Below are positions 27,877 through 42,559 of a DNA stretch of 64,000 bases, one piece after another. A model generated the notes under the pieces. The model was not told the origin of the DNA. It worked only from the letters and a program-made list of their open reading frames with translations, and did no database searches. The stretch comes from Schmidtea polychroa (taxonomy: Eukaryota): assembly GCA_044892525.1 (NCBI GenBank), contig CM097885.1:35094001-35158000 (forward strand), written 5' to 3'. Numbering within the stretch: position 1 is the first letter of the stretch; every line of letters starts with the position of its first letter. A program made the position numbers and the translations under genes.

Positions 27877-28083
27877 ATTATTTGTTTCCGCCGATTTGGC
27901 GTTTTTCGGCGCTATTCGGGGTAGTGTGCGCACACAGACGCGAAGAGTTGGTAAATTTTATTTTTTGTGTAAGTTAATTGTAATTGTTAGTTTTTTAGAA
28001 TTGATTTTAATTCTAGTAATTGTTTTCTGGAAGTTATAAAGTGAATTTGTTTTAACCGGTTATATTTTGGGGAATTTTAAAAA

Positions 28084-28610
28084 ATGAAAAACTCTTGTAC
28101 ATTTTCTAGTTTCATCCAAGATTTCGAAAATCTTAAAGAATCGTCGGATAATGTTATTAAATCATCTGGTGAATATTATGACACTTCAATTAGACCAAGT
28201 GTTAACAGAATAATTGCTGCCAAAGATAGTGCTATATATGCTGCTGAAACTTTGTTTAAATTTACAAGTCAAACCATAGATTTTTGATCAAATGCCACTA
28301 ATAGTTTTGTTCATCGTTTCATGTCAAAGAATAATAAAGCAGAATATGGAACTGCCGAAAAGAATGAATATGATATTTTATTTAATCGAGCTCTTAAAAA
28401 GATAAACACCATTCAAATGTTTACTAGCAAAAGTGTTGAACAATTATCCAATGTTTTGAATTCAATATATGATCAATCAGTGACAAAACCAAAGAATGGA
28501 TGAAACAATATTATGATGACATCACAGATGAAATGATAACAATTGTGTTGGATTATATTTCTAAAGTTAATAAAGAAAGCCAGCATCTGGGTCTTAATGT
28601 TTTCTGTAAA
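28084..28610 (+). pseudogene. Intronless disrupted ORF of unknown, helical protein, nested antisense in host intron 1
   Basis: ORFs 28084 and 28321 are in frame across one TGA. The third follows by frameshift and is cut by an (ATT)n tract. Confidence 0.4.
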
Positions 28611-28612
28611 CA

Positions 28613-28723
<111 letters not shown>

Positions 28724-29199
28724 AAAAAAAATAGAATAGAATTGCACTAAACTTTTTCTTAAATGTTTTATGTTATAATTTTTTATGTTTTTAATGTCAA
28801 GTTTGAACTTAATTTTTCAATGGAAATATATTAAGGATAAGCCTGATGGCGACAAAACTTCAATTAAACACTTCAAAATATTTTCTACAAATGAACCAAA
28901 ATATGTTTTGGAATTTTAATTTCTCTTATGTAAATCTGATTGAATTGATGAATAAATATTTCCTAATTTGATTGCGGCCGACATTAATGCGCTTCTATGA
29001 ATTATTAGGGAAGCGGATTCAAGAAAATTATTATAATGTAAATTTATGAATGAATTTTTATAAAGTTGTATAAATAAAGGAGTTTAATGAATTTATTTTT
29101 TATTTATTTATTGGTGGTGTTCAAATGACGACAGCCTCGAATTCTATGCGATTTTACTAAATTAAATTTATCTTCTTTAGGAGTCCAGGAAAAACACCT

Positions 29200-30380
29200 A
29201 TTTGTGGGTAATGATTAATGAATAATGATTTTGCTGAAGAAATTTTATTTTGCAAATCATTAAAAAGCAGCACTACCGCTAAGGATATATATAGTCCTCT
29301 AAAAGATTACTTAGATGAGAATAAAATACCGATGAAAAATATAAGGTCCTGTGATGCTGATGGTGCTCCGAATATGATGGGCAAAAAAATGGTTGCTTCA
29401 AACCGATGAAAGATGAAAATCCAGACATGCTTCTTGTGCTCTGTGTTATTCACAGGGAAAACTTGGTAGCTAAAAACCTTTCTCCTGTTCTAAATAAAAT
29501 AATGAATTTGGTTGTAAAATGCATTAATTCTATTAAAGCAAATGCAAAACAAGAGCGCATTTTTAAAATATTTTGTGAAGAAAACAATGAAGCCGATGTG
29601 ATACTTTTACTTCACACTGAGGTAAGATGGCTATCGAAAGGGAACTGTTTAAAAAGATTTATGGAACTGTTTGATACTCTTGGTGATTTTTTAATCGAAA
29701 TGCAACCTGAAATGCAATATCTGTTAACGATCGATTCTAAGTCATATTTGATTTGTTTAAACGATATTTTTGAAAAACTAAATATATTAAATAAAGAGCT
29801 TCAAGGAAAAAATAAAACTCTTGTCGATGCAAAAGCGAAGATATATGGTTTTATTACATCAATTGAATTATTTGAAAAAGACGTTTACCAAAAAAAAATT
29901 TGAAAAGTTTCATTGGCTTCAAAAATGTGAAGTAACTGATATCGCTATACTTAATATTGTCAAGTATCTAAAAAACTTATCAACTGATTTAAAATGAAGA
30001 TTTCTCGATTTGAAAGAAATCGATTTTCCAACTTGGGTGATTCAGCCAATGTTAGTTAGTTTATCTCATATTTCAAATATGCAGTACCAAGAAGAATTAG
30101 CAGAAATGCAGAGTGACGAGTCAATTAAAACTTTATTTAATATGAAAGGATCGATGGCATGGTTTTTTAAAGAGACCAAAATGAAATATCCAAGCACAAC
30201 AGAATGTGCAAGAAAACTATTATTACCGTTTCCTTCTTCCTATTTAGCTGAATGCGGATTTAGTGCCATAACTGATTTGTTACTTAAAAAAGAAATCGTT
30301 TGGATATAACACAACGGGGAGATCTAAGAATGAAGCTAACAAAATTGGAACCCAATATAAAATCTCTTTGTAACCAGCAT
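29200..30380 (+). mobile_element. hAT Buster/Charlie transposase remnant (ZBED8/SCAND3/FAM200-like)
   Basis: DGAPNMMG, CVIHRENL, LLHTEVRWLSKG, LNKELQG, PFPSSYLAECGFS spread over three frameshifted ORFs. Confidence 0.92.
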
Positions 30381-32303
30381 TTATTAAAAACTTGAATAAT
30401 TGTTATATTTTATTTTATTTACTTATATATTGTTTACTATAATTTGTTTACTTGAATTTTTTTGTTTAATAAATCACTTTTTGTGATTTCTTCCAGCAGT
30501 ATATCATTCATGCTACTTATGAAAAATTTGTAATATTAAAAATTATTCATATGTAACATGGGGGGACATTTTAAGTATCCTAATCAAAATATATAAACAA
30601 ATTTTATTTATTCAAATCATAATCTTATTGATAATACTATTCAAACAAAATCTTTTGAGAAAATACTTTTAATATAGTAATGTATAAATAAGGACTTCAA
30701 CAAACATCGTCAGTCAACAACATAAAGTCCGACGATCTTTAATTAAATTGTTAAAAATATTAATTAATTTAATTAATCACTTTAATCGATTAACTTAATT
30801 TACAAGTTTATTCTTATTTCCAAAACTATAAAGCTGTATTTCTAATTTTACTTTACTTTCAAGTTCATTAAAACTATATTTTTGAATAGTGCCTTTTATA
30901 ATAATTGTAATAATGATAATATTTAATAAATATCCTAGGGAAAACAACTTGAAGGATTGTAATTAAATTTGAAGAAATTATCTTTCCTCATTACTTATAG
31001 AAAATTTCCTTGCCTTTAATTTATTTCGTTGAAACAACAGGTGAGTTTAGCGGCAAATCATGCGCAAATAACAAAGATATAATATAGCATTCATGGATTA
31101 AAAAATTCAATCGTAATTATAATCATTTTCAATCTACTCCCTATTTTTCCCAGGAAAATATTTTGAAATTTGATAATATTTTAGTAATTGATAATTATTT
31201 CTAATCAAAATTATTTCATTTTCTTATTAAAATTTTTTTTGTTTAAATTGTTATCCATTTTAATAACCAAAGAATTTGAGATGTTTTTACAATGAAATCT
31301 ATTTAATAAGGGCTCGAAGGTGAGTTTAGATCAAAATAATCTTACTTGTAAAACTAGCTTTTCAAAGAGAGCAAGAGATAAAAGATTTTAATGATAAAAT
31401 TATTAGATTAGAATTTTTAAGTTGTTTAATTTGAGGGTGAACATTTTCTATTTTCATACCTCTACTTTCTATTTTTACCTTTTTTGATAAATTCTAAATG
31501 AAGTTGTTGTTATGTTTTAGAATATCTTTTATATTTTAAAAGGACTTTTGTCAATATTCTCAAACTTTAATTAGAATGTATTTTAGGAAAGTTAAAAAGA
31601 TTTAATTTTGTTTTTTTGATTGTCACCTTGACAAAAGGTAATGAATTTTTTTATATTTTATGTTGAAATTTAATTCAAAATGTGATTTTATGGTCCTGCT
31701 TATGGTTCTCCATTAAAAAACTTATAAATCATTTGTGCACTGAAATAAATAATTTTTAAATATTGCCAATCAAAAAAATGTCAAAATCGTAATTGATGTA
31801 AAGGAAGTATGCTGAATTACATCAAAAGAAAAATATAAACGAGAAATATTTAATATTTGATATTTCTAAACTTTAAATATAATAAAAAAAATAATGTGCA
31901 TTGAAATTATTTTATTTTAATAAAAGAAATAAACTGTGTTTTAATTAATTAAAAGTAAAATCTCTGTCTCGCTGTTGATTGGATATAACTTTTTATTCCT
32001 TTTCTTTTCCGATGACAGTAAATTGATAATTTATGACACTCGACATACATTTTTAGTGCAGAATTTATAAAGTGTTAGTCAATCAATCTTAATTTATTTA
32101 TAGGAAAGAGAATTATTTATATTACATTAATTTTGTATCATCAATTTTATTTATTTTGATAAAATTAACTGTTTGTTTATTGTGGGCAAATTTTTGACAG
32201 AGGAAATCATGGCGGAAATTTTTACTTTCATGCAGAATTCTGCATTTTTGTACTAAGTTCCACAATATTTGATTATTTCAAAATATTAATCTAAATTTAA
32301 TTT

Positions 32304-32472
32304 ATGGTCAATGGTCTATATGGTCAACCTACCCATGGTCAATGGTCTATGTGGTAAACGTATCCATGATCAATAGTCCTGTGGTCAATCTATTCATGGC
32401 CAATGGTCCATATAGTCAACGTATCCATGATCAATGGTCCATGTGTTCAAACTATCAATGGTCAACAGTCCA
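32304..32472. repeat. Degenerate (ATGGTCA/ATGGTCC)n array, probably a DNA-transposon subterminal repeat
   Basis: More than 10 copies of tggtcaa/tggtcc in ~170 bp. No partner end found. Confidence 0.6.
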
Positions 32473-35400
32473 CAAATCGGTAATTAGGCGATTACTTAAA
32501 AATGAAAATATTTCTTTCAATTTTAAATTTATAAATATAACTTGTAAAATTCAAAAAAACTGTAAAATTAATCAATGCACTTTTTAAAGATTAAAACGTA
32601 TTTTATTAAAATACTATATTTATGTTCTATTTCAATATTTAGTTCATTAAACGGATAACAATGATCTCTATTGTCAAACCCACCTGAACCTATTAATATC
32701 TAGAAAACTTCCATGGAAGCATTGCTAAAAAAGAGAATTTTAATTTCACGTTTTCTTCACATTTTAGCAGAATTATTTTATCTATAGAATAATTAACTCT
32801 AGACTCATGGGATGGCATTAGAGAAAATGAAAATTTTATATTTCTTGAAAACATTATTTTCTTATTATAAAATATGTTATTTTTTATAATTTTTTACTTA
32901 TAAATATTTATAATACTAAAAAAAACAATTAAAAACAATAATTACGAAATTGCTAAATTTTATCCATCTATATAAATTTTTATTGATTAAATCCATAATT
33001 AAAATTTTATTATTTATTTATTTATTTATTTCAAATATTTTTTGTAAATTCAATTTTATTATTAAAATAAATAATAAGGAGGAATGTTTTTACTATAGAA
33101 TAATGCATAAAGAATTCAACAAACAAAATCAATCAACAATAGAAAGTTGTCGAATTATTTGTAAAAAAATTAAAATAATAAATAAACTTTTGTAAAATTT
33201 TACAGTTAGTTTTAAATTTAATTTTCAGTTAGATTTTTCAAAATAATATTTACCAAATTTCATCTAATATCAAAACTTATAGAAAAAACTAATAATGTTT
33301 TGAATATGTAGGAATTATTTTATAGAAAATAACTAAAAAAAGAATTATACGAGTCTACTGGAATATGTTCAGTTTTAAAGTTTTTTTAAGTATTTTAAAT
33401 ATTATCTTTAAAAAATTAAAATAAATGTTGTAAATAAATAACAATTAGTGAGTAAGTGTAAGAATAATAAATTCAATGCCATACAAGTGCGTGATTAACA
33501 AAGACATGACTAAAAAAGACATTTAAGGCTATATAATATTTTATTAATATATTTTCGAGTCATAGTTTCTTAATAAAAATAACTCGTTGTATGATGCTTT
33601 ATAACATATGAATAGTTCATTTTTTATAAAATATTTTTCAATTACAAAAACTATTGTAAAATAGTGAAAAGCACCATCTAGTTGAGAATATTTCACTCTT
33701 TTCAAAGATATAAAACTTGACATTATAGCACATGTGTGAAAGATTAACCAGATTTTGTAAAATTTTAAAATATTAAAATCTTTTAAAATTTGAATTTGGA
33801 ATATCTTTATCACTTTATATATCATTAGATAGATATTTGTTTCTTGTTTCCAACAAAATAATGATCATAATATAACACGATATAAAATATTTATTAAGTT
33901 TCTAAACTTTGGGAAAATTACACAATGTAAAGAAAAAAATTTAAAACTTTTAAGTTTCGCTTTCTACACTCTAAACACGCAAAAAAAATTGTGACCATTA
34001 AAAGTTAAAAACACTTTGATTTTGTTTATATGGAATTAAAATAGTATGTGCATGCATTTAAAATTTATATAATATTGTTTAATGGAATTAAAACAAACAA
34101 TAAGTAATATAAATAGATTGATGCAAAGCAAAATGGGGGGGGGGGTGGAAATATTGTGTGTGTGTAGGAATTTGTGTCCTTAAAAATGATGACTCATTCA
34201 AAATTTTTTGTGTTACTCTAAAAATTACTTTTACGGACCTAAATAATGAAGTCATATTCTTTGTTATAAATCATCGAGGACTAAGCAAAAAATTATTATC
34301 TATCCACCCTCACTATGGTCTTCTGTTTACGATCTTAGATATATTATTACTCTTGTGTCGAATTAAAACAATCAATACAAAACTGAAATGAAACTAATTA
34401 CAAATAATTATAATAATAAAAATAATATATTAAAAAGAGAGCTTGAAGACTATAAATCAGTAATATATAAAAAAACATCGATATATTACTGATTTATATT
34501 TTTCAAGCTGTCTTTTTAATAAATTCAATGGAAAAAATAATCAGTGGTGAAATTGGAAAAAAGATTTCTTATAATAAAAATATTAATAATAATAATATCT
34601 ATTTAAATATTTAAATTAAAATTGGATATTTATGTAAAATAAATAAATATTTAACTTTGTAAATAATAAAAATAATATTAATAATAATAAATAAAAAGAT
34701 AAATATTTTTCATTAAATTATGATTTATAATAAATAATTTATAAAATTTCCTACAATTTATAATTATTACCCAAACTTTTAGGATATCAAAACTTTACAG
34801 GCCTTAGGCTACCAGGACAGACAAATATTAAGAAAGATTCTACAGCCACTGTCCATCAGGAAACCTCTGATGTCTCGAAAGCTTTGTCTATCTTTGAGTA
34901 TAATTGATTCATTTAAATTAATAAATATATTAGAAATAAATTAAAATTTAATTAAAGTAAATTATAATAAATTTTTATTGTTGGAATAATAATATTAAGT
35001 GGCTTTCATGATATGAAAATGATGAAATGGATCTAATAGTGATTGTAATTGAAAATGACAACAATATTTGCCCTTATCCTTTCTCATAGGAAATTGAAGA
35101 GTAAGCAAATATGCGGATTATGTTGTAAACTGTCCTATTAAATATGTAATGCAATTTAAAAATAATAACTAAAAATATTACGAGTTTAAATAACATGGAC
35201 TCACTGCTCTGATAATAACAAAATATTTCGTTATGAATTCATGAAATATTTGTACTTTATTCAGGGAATTGTTTACATTTCACAAATATTATATATGAGT
35301 TATTCTGGATATTATTACATATAATTTTATTGAAATACAGGTTGAAAATGATATAAAATGAAAGAGTAGAATTCAAATTGAAATAAAAAGGAAAGAAATT

Positions 35401-38201
35401 GCTAGCAAACATTTAACTCATAATATCAAAGGATGTAAAACTTTTCAATAAATATTAATTTTATAAACATTTAAATTAATAAAAATTGTCTACATATATC
35501 ATATTTATATATCTATATTTATATATCTATCTATATTATATTTTAAATTTTATCAGCATTTAGATCAAGATCAGAATTAAATAAGAATCACTTCCAATAT
35601 AATTGTTTTGATATACCAAAGGTTGTTTTATTATTCAATTGGTAAAGCGTAGTTTTTTTGTTGTGGAATAAATCTTTGTGGAAAATTTAACTTCGCTTAA
35701 TTATGCTTAATAATGAAGATAATGAATGCAATATTATAGCGGCTAACATAGATAAAGTAATAAAATATTAAAATAAGTAATTACATATAGCTACTAGAAT
35801 GAATAATTTTGATATTATCCCCTTTTCGTCTCAATAGCTAAATCCCTTTTATGTATAGTAATTTTAATTTTATATTTTTTTAACGGGTATGAAGTAAAAT
35901 TATTGTTAAGTTCAAGTAAAAAAATATAAATAGTTTGCCAAAAGTTTCATTTTTTAAATTTTTTAATTTTTAATTATTAAAAAAATAAATAAACAAAATT
36001 TTGTTTTATCATAGTTGGAACAAAGACAATGATTATTAATAATTTATTAAAATAAATATTTTTGTTTAATAAATTAAATAAAAGTTTTGTGTAAATATTT
36101 TTTTAATTTAAAATACTGTTATTTTTTTTTAATTCAAAATTTTTATATTTTACTTGAACTTTACACGACTTTACTTGAAGATTAATATTTCCCCATTTTT
36201 ACCTTTGATTCTTTTTTTTCATTTAGAATTTCAATTATCTTTATTTAATTTTCGAATATAGATTGATCATTTTCCTATTTAACATTTGAAAAAGACTGCT
36301 AAAAATTTGTGTAAAACTAAACAATCATTGATCTATGATCAAAAACTATAATAAAATAAACGAAATTTAAATTACTATTTGCTTAAAAAATATTTTTCTC
36401 CCTTTCTTAACCAATTGGAAATCTAAATGTTAAGAATCAAATCCATTAAAAAATAAATTGCTACTCTTTTGTTCGTCATTTTCATTTTAAATTATTTTGT
36501 TTAAATCTTTTAAAAAGATGCGAAAAATTAATTTATTTTTGCTAGGAAAACCACGAAAGGGTTTCTCTGAAATTCCGAAAATACCTTCCTAAGATTGCTT
36601 GAAGTTATAGCATTTGTATATTTTGACTTTTTTCATTTTCCATTTCCATACCGAAATTTCACTTATACCATGTCCAAATAATATTTATTTTATTTAAAAT
36701 GTTTGTATCTAACTTTTCAAAATTATTTATTTTATTTTGAAACTGTTATTTTATATTTGTCATTCATTATTTTTTTATTTAATATATTTACCATTTAATA
36801 TAGTATTCAATTATGAATGATAAGAATAGATACTGCATTCCTTCAGTATATTTAATTTAATTTAATTATTTAATATGATTTTTTTAAAAAGATTTTTTAT
36901 TAAGTATATCAAACAATATTTAGATCAATCAAGAGAATATTATAATTGTAAAAGGGAAAATGATTAATTAATTCAAACAAAATAATAAATTAATTATATA
37001 ATTGGAAAAATGTCTTTTTCTTAAACAGGATTTTTCTTTAAAGCCATGATTTAACGTCTGAATCTAAAAGGTTTTACAGATTAAATCTGACAAAAAAATA
37101 AAATTGAGTTTAATTGTATTTTTTTGTAAATAATAAAAAATACTTATTAAAATTTGAGGGCGCTTAAAAGGTTAATTCCAAAAAAGTGGCAGCTGGCTTG
37201 AAAGGGTTTGTATAAGATTAATTTATATTCATATAATAATAAACATTAGCAATAATATATTTAACAACATCCTTTACAATTCCAATTCTTTTGTTTAGCA
37301 GAGTTAGATTTTCATGTTCACCCAATACCTCTTCAATCAGTCACCACTACCTACTTTTGTACACTTAATATAATAATGTAAACATGAAACAATTCACACA
37401 GTTTATAATTTTTTCTATCAGTTTTTAACTAAATAAACAAAAGTTAAAAAATTTCCATTCCTGTTAATGCAAAGTTTAGTTAACCTGTATTGGGCACTGA
37501 ACTGATTAGTTATGTATATTATGTATTTTCAATTAAAGCGTTTTTGGATACGTGATTTTTAATGATATCCTCTAGAACTTCATGGCATAATGTTTAAGGA
37601 GACTGTCATAATAATTTTAAAAATAATAAGTAAAAGTTAAATAGATAAACAAGTTCAAAAGTACAAGATAAACATTGGATATGTAATTTGTTTCACGAAT
37701 TCTAAAAATATTTTTTAATTTGTATGTCTTATTTAGTGTACCACTCGATTCAATTGAAAGACACTATTAACACAATGTTTGGATTGCATATTGTAAATTG
37801 TATTCATTTAAAGAAGACGTGCTAGAATTATCACTCTTGCATAATCAATACGACATGTAGCAGTGGACAGTGAAATGTTGTAAATCTCACAACTAGAAAT
37901 GATGTATTCTATATTGAATAAAATACCATTACTCATTTGACATTTTTAATATGGAAGTTATTGAAGGAAAATTTTCATTCGGTTGCTTTTAATAGTTTAA
38001 AATTATTTTAAAATTTAAACAAAATCATGGAAAACAGATATTTATAATGACCCAATAAATATTAGTGCTATTATTCTCCATCTATTTCTTCTCAAACTCT
38101 GTCATTCTTATCTCTAAACAAATATTTGAATAAATTTCTTGTTTAATAATGACAAATATTTTTGATAATAATAATTTCAAATATTATTAATATATTCAAA
38201 C

Positions 38202-38636
38202 CGGTAATCCAGCCCAATATGTGCAGTCTTTCCAAGTGAGTGATGGGGAAACTGATCTCAAATAAACCCCAAGTCCTGACATTGAAAATCCCAACCCCAA
38301 CTGCATGCTTATTAATAAAACATTTATCCGACAAAATTGAATTTCAAATTTCTCTTTGTTCTGCTCCATGCTAGAGAGGCGCCGGCCAGACACGATTGAA
38401 AAATTTCTAGAAATTGACAAATAACTTTCGGTGTTTTTGAAATTATTATTGGGGGATCGAAAACCGTCAATCGAAATTGAACTTTGAGATGATTTTCGTT
38501 TATTTTTCAAATGCTTCTCGACCGGGCCTTTGATTTTGTGTTTCTTGTTTATAACTGCGAGCACTTCAGGGGCTGAGTTGACACGGGGCTTGGGCAAGGG
38601 AAAATTACAAATCAGTTGATTGTTCTCTGTTTCCAT
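38202..38636 (-). CDS. Sarcospan/CD20-like four-TM protein, exon 1 (376 aa in total)
   Basis: ATG 38636, low-complexity N-terminus, TM1 (LLISMQLGLGFSMSGLGVYL), YWAGLP then GT donor at 38201. Exons of 435+87+233+376 = 1131 nt splice in frame. Confidence 0.82.
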
Positions 38637-39018
38637 CAGAAAATGTGAATTTTTCTATTTACATTTTCAAAACTAAATCGTTCTTTCAAATGAATTTGTT
38701 TATAAAAATATTTAATTGGAAAATAATTAACCAATGAAATTTAAGAAAAAGATATAATTTGTAAACACGAAATGTAAATAAAAAAATCATTAATGAATTT
38801 TTTGTACGATTTAATATATCAAATTTTTGTGAAAAATATATATTTTATGTAATAATTATAAATTATTTTGTTAAAATATTTGACTTTTCTCTCTCGAAAA
38901 TAGGTTTAAAGTTTTCCAAGATGTATGCAAAAATGTAGCTACTCTGCTTCGTTGACAGAGTACATGAATTACACTTTTATTAATAAATGCTTCTAATGAC
39001 TTTTGCTGTAGTATTCAA

Positions 39019-39106
<88 letters not shown>

Positions 39107-39895
39107 TATTGGGCAAAAACATAATTAAATTACTTCATTTAAACAAGAATTAAATAAAATATATAAAACAAACTAAGAAAGAAGAGGAAATATAATAGAA
39201 ATTTAAGTAAAACACAAAAAAAGATAAAAGTTAAAAGTAACAATTTAAAATACAAGAAAATGAAAAAATAAAGAAACGCTAATTAAAACAAAAATCAATG
39301 ATAGAACAAAAATTGAAATTTTCTGAATGCGATGAAAATAATGCCTGTAAATAACAAATAAATGAAGAAAACTAGTAGAAATAAAAAAACGGATAATAAG
39401 TACCAACATTTTAGAAAAACTGGGAAAAATCGGGAATATATAATTTCAAACTCCACCAAGAATACCCAAAAAAAGCAGATGGAGAATGGCCAATAAAAAG
39501 AACAAGCGATTTTTCACTAAGGGAGACAAAGAAAACAGCATACCAAAAAAACCAGAAAATTATATTTTAAAATTTTTTAACTTAATAACAAATTCAACAA
39601 TACTAGTTCAAAAAGGTAGGTGCTGATTCTACACCATCTACCTAAAGTTGTTCAATAATTGATCAAGGTAAGACTAGATAACCGCAAGAAATTTCAATGA
39701 ACACTCAAGATCCTATCTGAGTTAAACCTAAGGGTACAAATACACGAAGAAATCATCGGAATACAAGATATAGAAGCTTTTGATACTAATAGAAAAGCTA
39801 TACATGAAAAGATCATTTAAAATAGTACCGATATTTTAATTCTGAGGAACATTACAACGATTTGAAAAATATAGAAAAACAAAATCAGATTTGGA

Positions 39896-40622
39896 ATGAT
39901 AATATTCGTAAATTATATTTTCATAGAACACGAAGAACAGCAGAAACCGATTATTGGTGCTATATTAAATAATAAAAACCAACCAACCCCAATATATCCA
40001 AATATGAAAACCCTTAGATTAAATGTAAATTTAAAATCATTTCCCGATGCCTTAAATCGTCCAAGATTAGTTGAAGTAGTTCTTATGAAACAGGAAGAGA
40101 ATTATGAATGAATAAAAATAAATTTATAATTACATTAGAAATTGAACAATTATGGCTTTTTAATGTAAGTACAAATAAAAAATACAAACTAACACCTGAG
40201 TTTTTATTATGAATTGAAGGGAATGCTTTTGATGATGAATGGAACTTACAAGTTGATGAAGTTGATACAGCTCATGTATATCTAAATTTAGTAAAAGTAT
40301 AAATAGGTTTGATCAACTAAATTATTATAGAGCTTTATCGATTGCATTACATCCATCAGATCAAGAGGAAATAAAAACAGATAAAGGGATAACAGCCCGT
40401 ATAAGAGACTTCTCAGTAAAATCATCTAAGAAATCAAATGGTAAATGATTAGATATATTTTATTTCCCAGATAATCCAATTTCACTATTTGAAAATTTGA
40501 GAAAATTATTAGCTGCGACAAAAGCAGGTCATTCAAATACATATAATCAAGTTAATGCTATTCTTATAAGATTGATGGAATTAAAATTAATAAACAAGTA
40601 CCAACTACAAAAAAATCCTTGA
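39896..40622 (+). pseudogene. Decayed Polinton/adintovirus-associated ORF
   Basis: C-terminus GK*LDIFYFPDNPISLFENLRKLLAATKAGHSNTYNQVNAILIRL matches the D.P..L..RL..L.A...AG[NH] motif commonly seen next to Polinton capsid genes. Confidence 0.6.
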
Positions 40623-40639
40623 GAAATATTTCAAAAAAA

Positions 40640-41510
40640 TAAAATTTATATGAAAAAATTACAACAAGTTTTGATTTTGACAAAACTCTTCGTTTTAATC
40701 ATGATGTTCGGAAAAAAGAATTTATGGAAGTATTACCTACAACACCTAGTGCTGAAGCATAAAATAATACTGGTAAAATATATTTTAATATTAATCAATC
40801 AAGAATTGAATCCTTTAAAAACTTTATTTAAATTTTTCCAAAATTATAGTAGACCATTTGAACTTTCAGTCACAAAAATAATGATTCTAAAAATTGTTTA
40901 TTTGGAACAGTTGTAAATGATGCAGTTAAAATAAATCTAGCGTCTCTTACTCTTTTGGTTCCTTCAATATCATTTAATCCGAAATTAGAAAATATTATAA
41001 TGAATAGAATGAACCAATTAATGTAAGATATCTTCAAAGAATAACAACTAATATTGATATACCAACAGAAACAATATTCAGTTGAAAACCAACAGTTTTA
41101 AATTCAAGACCTCGATATATTTTTATAGGATTTAAAGATGAATCTATTGAATTTACAAAAAATAATTCAAAAAAAGGAGATAAAGAAATAAAATTTTTAC
41201 GTGTTCAAATAAATACAACTTATTATCCTCTAGAACAAATGACATTTAGTTTAAAAGATAATTATTAACCAAAACCATATTTATCATATGTTGATCCATG
41301 TAATACTTTTAAAGTAGATCCACAATTAAACATGACTGATTTTAAAAATTTGTATTCAATATTTTGTTTTGATGTTCTAGATCAAGATGAAAAATTTTCT
41401 TTGAATGGAATAAATGTTACAATTAATATTGAAAAGAATAACGAGTTTAAAGATGGATGAAAGGAAGTGGATATTTAATTGAAAAATGGGCAAATGATTA
41501 ATATAATAGA
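40640..41510 (+). pseudogene. Decayed Polinton-type major capsid protein
   Basis: Fragments LFKFFQNYSR, PRYIFIGFKD, VQINTTYYP, FKVDPQLNMTDFKNLYSIFCFD align by eye to the ORF at 1-1082. Contains stops, frameshifts and a deletion. Confidence 0.85.
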
Positions 41511-41519
41511 GAATAAATT

Positions 41520-42322
41520 GAAGAAAAATTTTTATCAACAAAAATATTCAATAACTCTTTTAATAGTAAATCTTAAGATTTTACAACCAAATTTCCAATA
41601 TTTTTAAACTTGAATAAAGAATTTAATTATGAAATTAGATTGGAATAGTTTACCGTTTATAATAATATACACAATGTTCCAAATAAAAATAATGATATAA
41701 AAATACATTGGAACATGGATTTTTTTTCTTCTAATATAATTATGCCTTCTCGAACATATGAATTAAATGCTTTATTTTTAACAATTAAAACCCTAGTACA
41801 CGATGTTTTAACCACTAATAAAGTAACCTTTCCAGATCAATTAGGACAATATAAATCGTGGTGTAAAAAAGTTGGAAATATAAATGAAAAAGAAATTTCA
41901 TACTGTATAGATTTTAAAATAGATCTTCCAACTGCTAGAATAAATATTTTTATAGCAATAGGTCTTTGTATTTATTTTTAAAAATTACATGATTTATTTG
42001 GATATGGAGAACCATGTTATTGAAGAAGCATATTTCATCATCATCTAGTAATATAAGTAATGTAACCTCTATTAATCTAACTTGTCATTTAATACAAGGA
42101 GCATATCAAGATAGAAAACATAATAATTCCTTATTTAATTTCCCATATGGAACTGTGACTCAAGGTTAAAGAATCTGTCAAATAATAAACAATCCTACTT
42201 TTTTACGAACAATCATAAAAACTATTGATTCCATATCTTTCAAAATTGTTGATCAAAATAATGATTTGTTGGATTTCAATGGAGAAACAATTTCATTTAG
42301 TTTACACCTCTGTCAGGTCTGA
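41520..42322 (+). pseudogene. Decayed Polinton-type minor capsid (penton) protein
   Basis: VYNNIHNV...NN, SINLTCHLIQGAY, LFNFP and the diagnostic C-terminus IVDQNNDLLDFNGETISFSLHL*. Confidence 0.82.
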
Positions 42323-42503
42323 CCGGTCTAGGCGCGACCAACTTGCGACATGTTTAGTTTTTTAAAATGTATAAATTTACAAAAATGTATGAAAATGATA
42401 CAACAGATTTCGATTTGAGATATTATTCGATATTTAAATTTAGAATGTAGGGTAATAATCAGAGAAAAGGTCAGTGCCGAAAATTCGTGAATATCATAAA
42501 AAC

Positions 42504-42559
<56 letters not shown>

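Noticed and set aside
34850..34885. Hammerhead ribozyme (ctgatg...cgaaa)
   Set aside because: Core lacks the CUGANGA consensus and a proper stem II.
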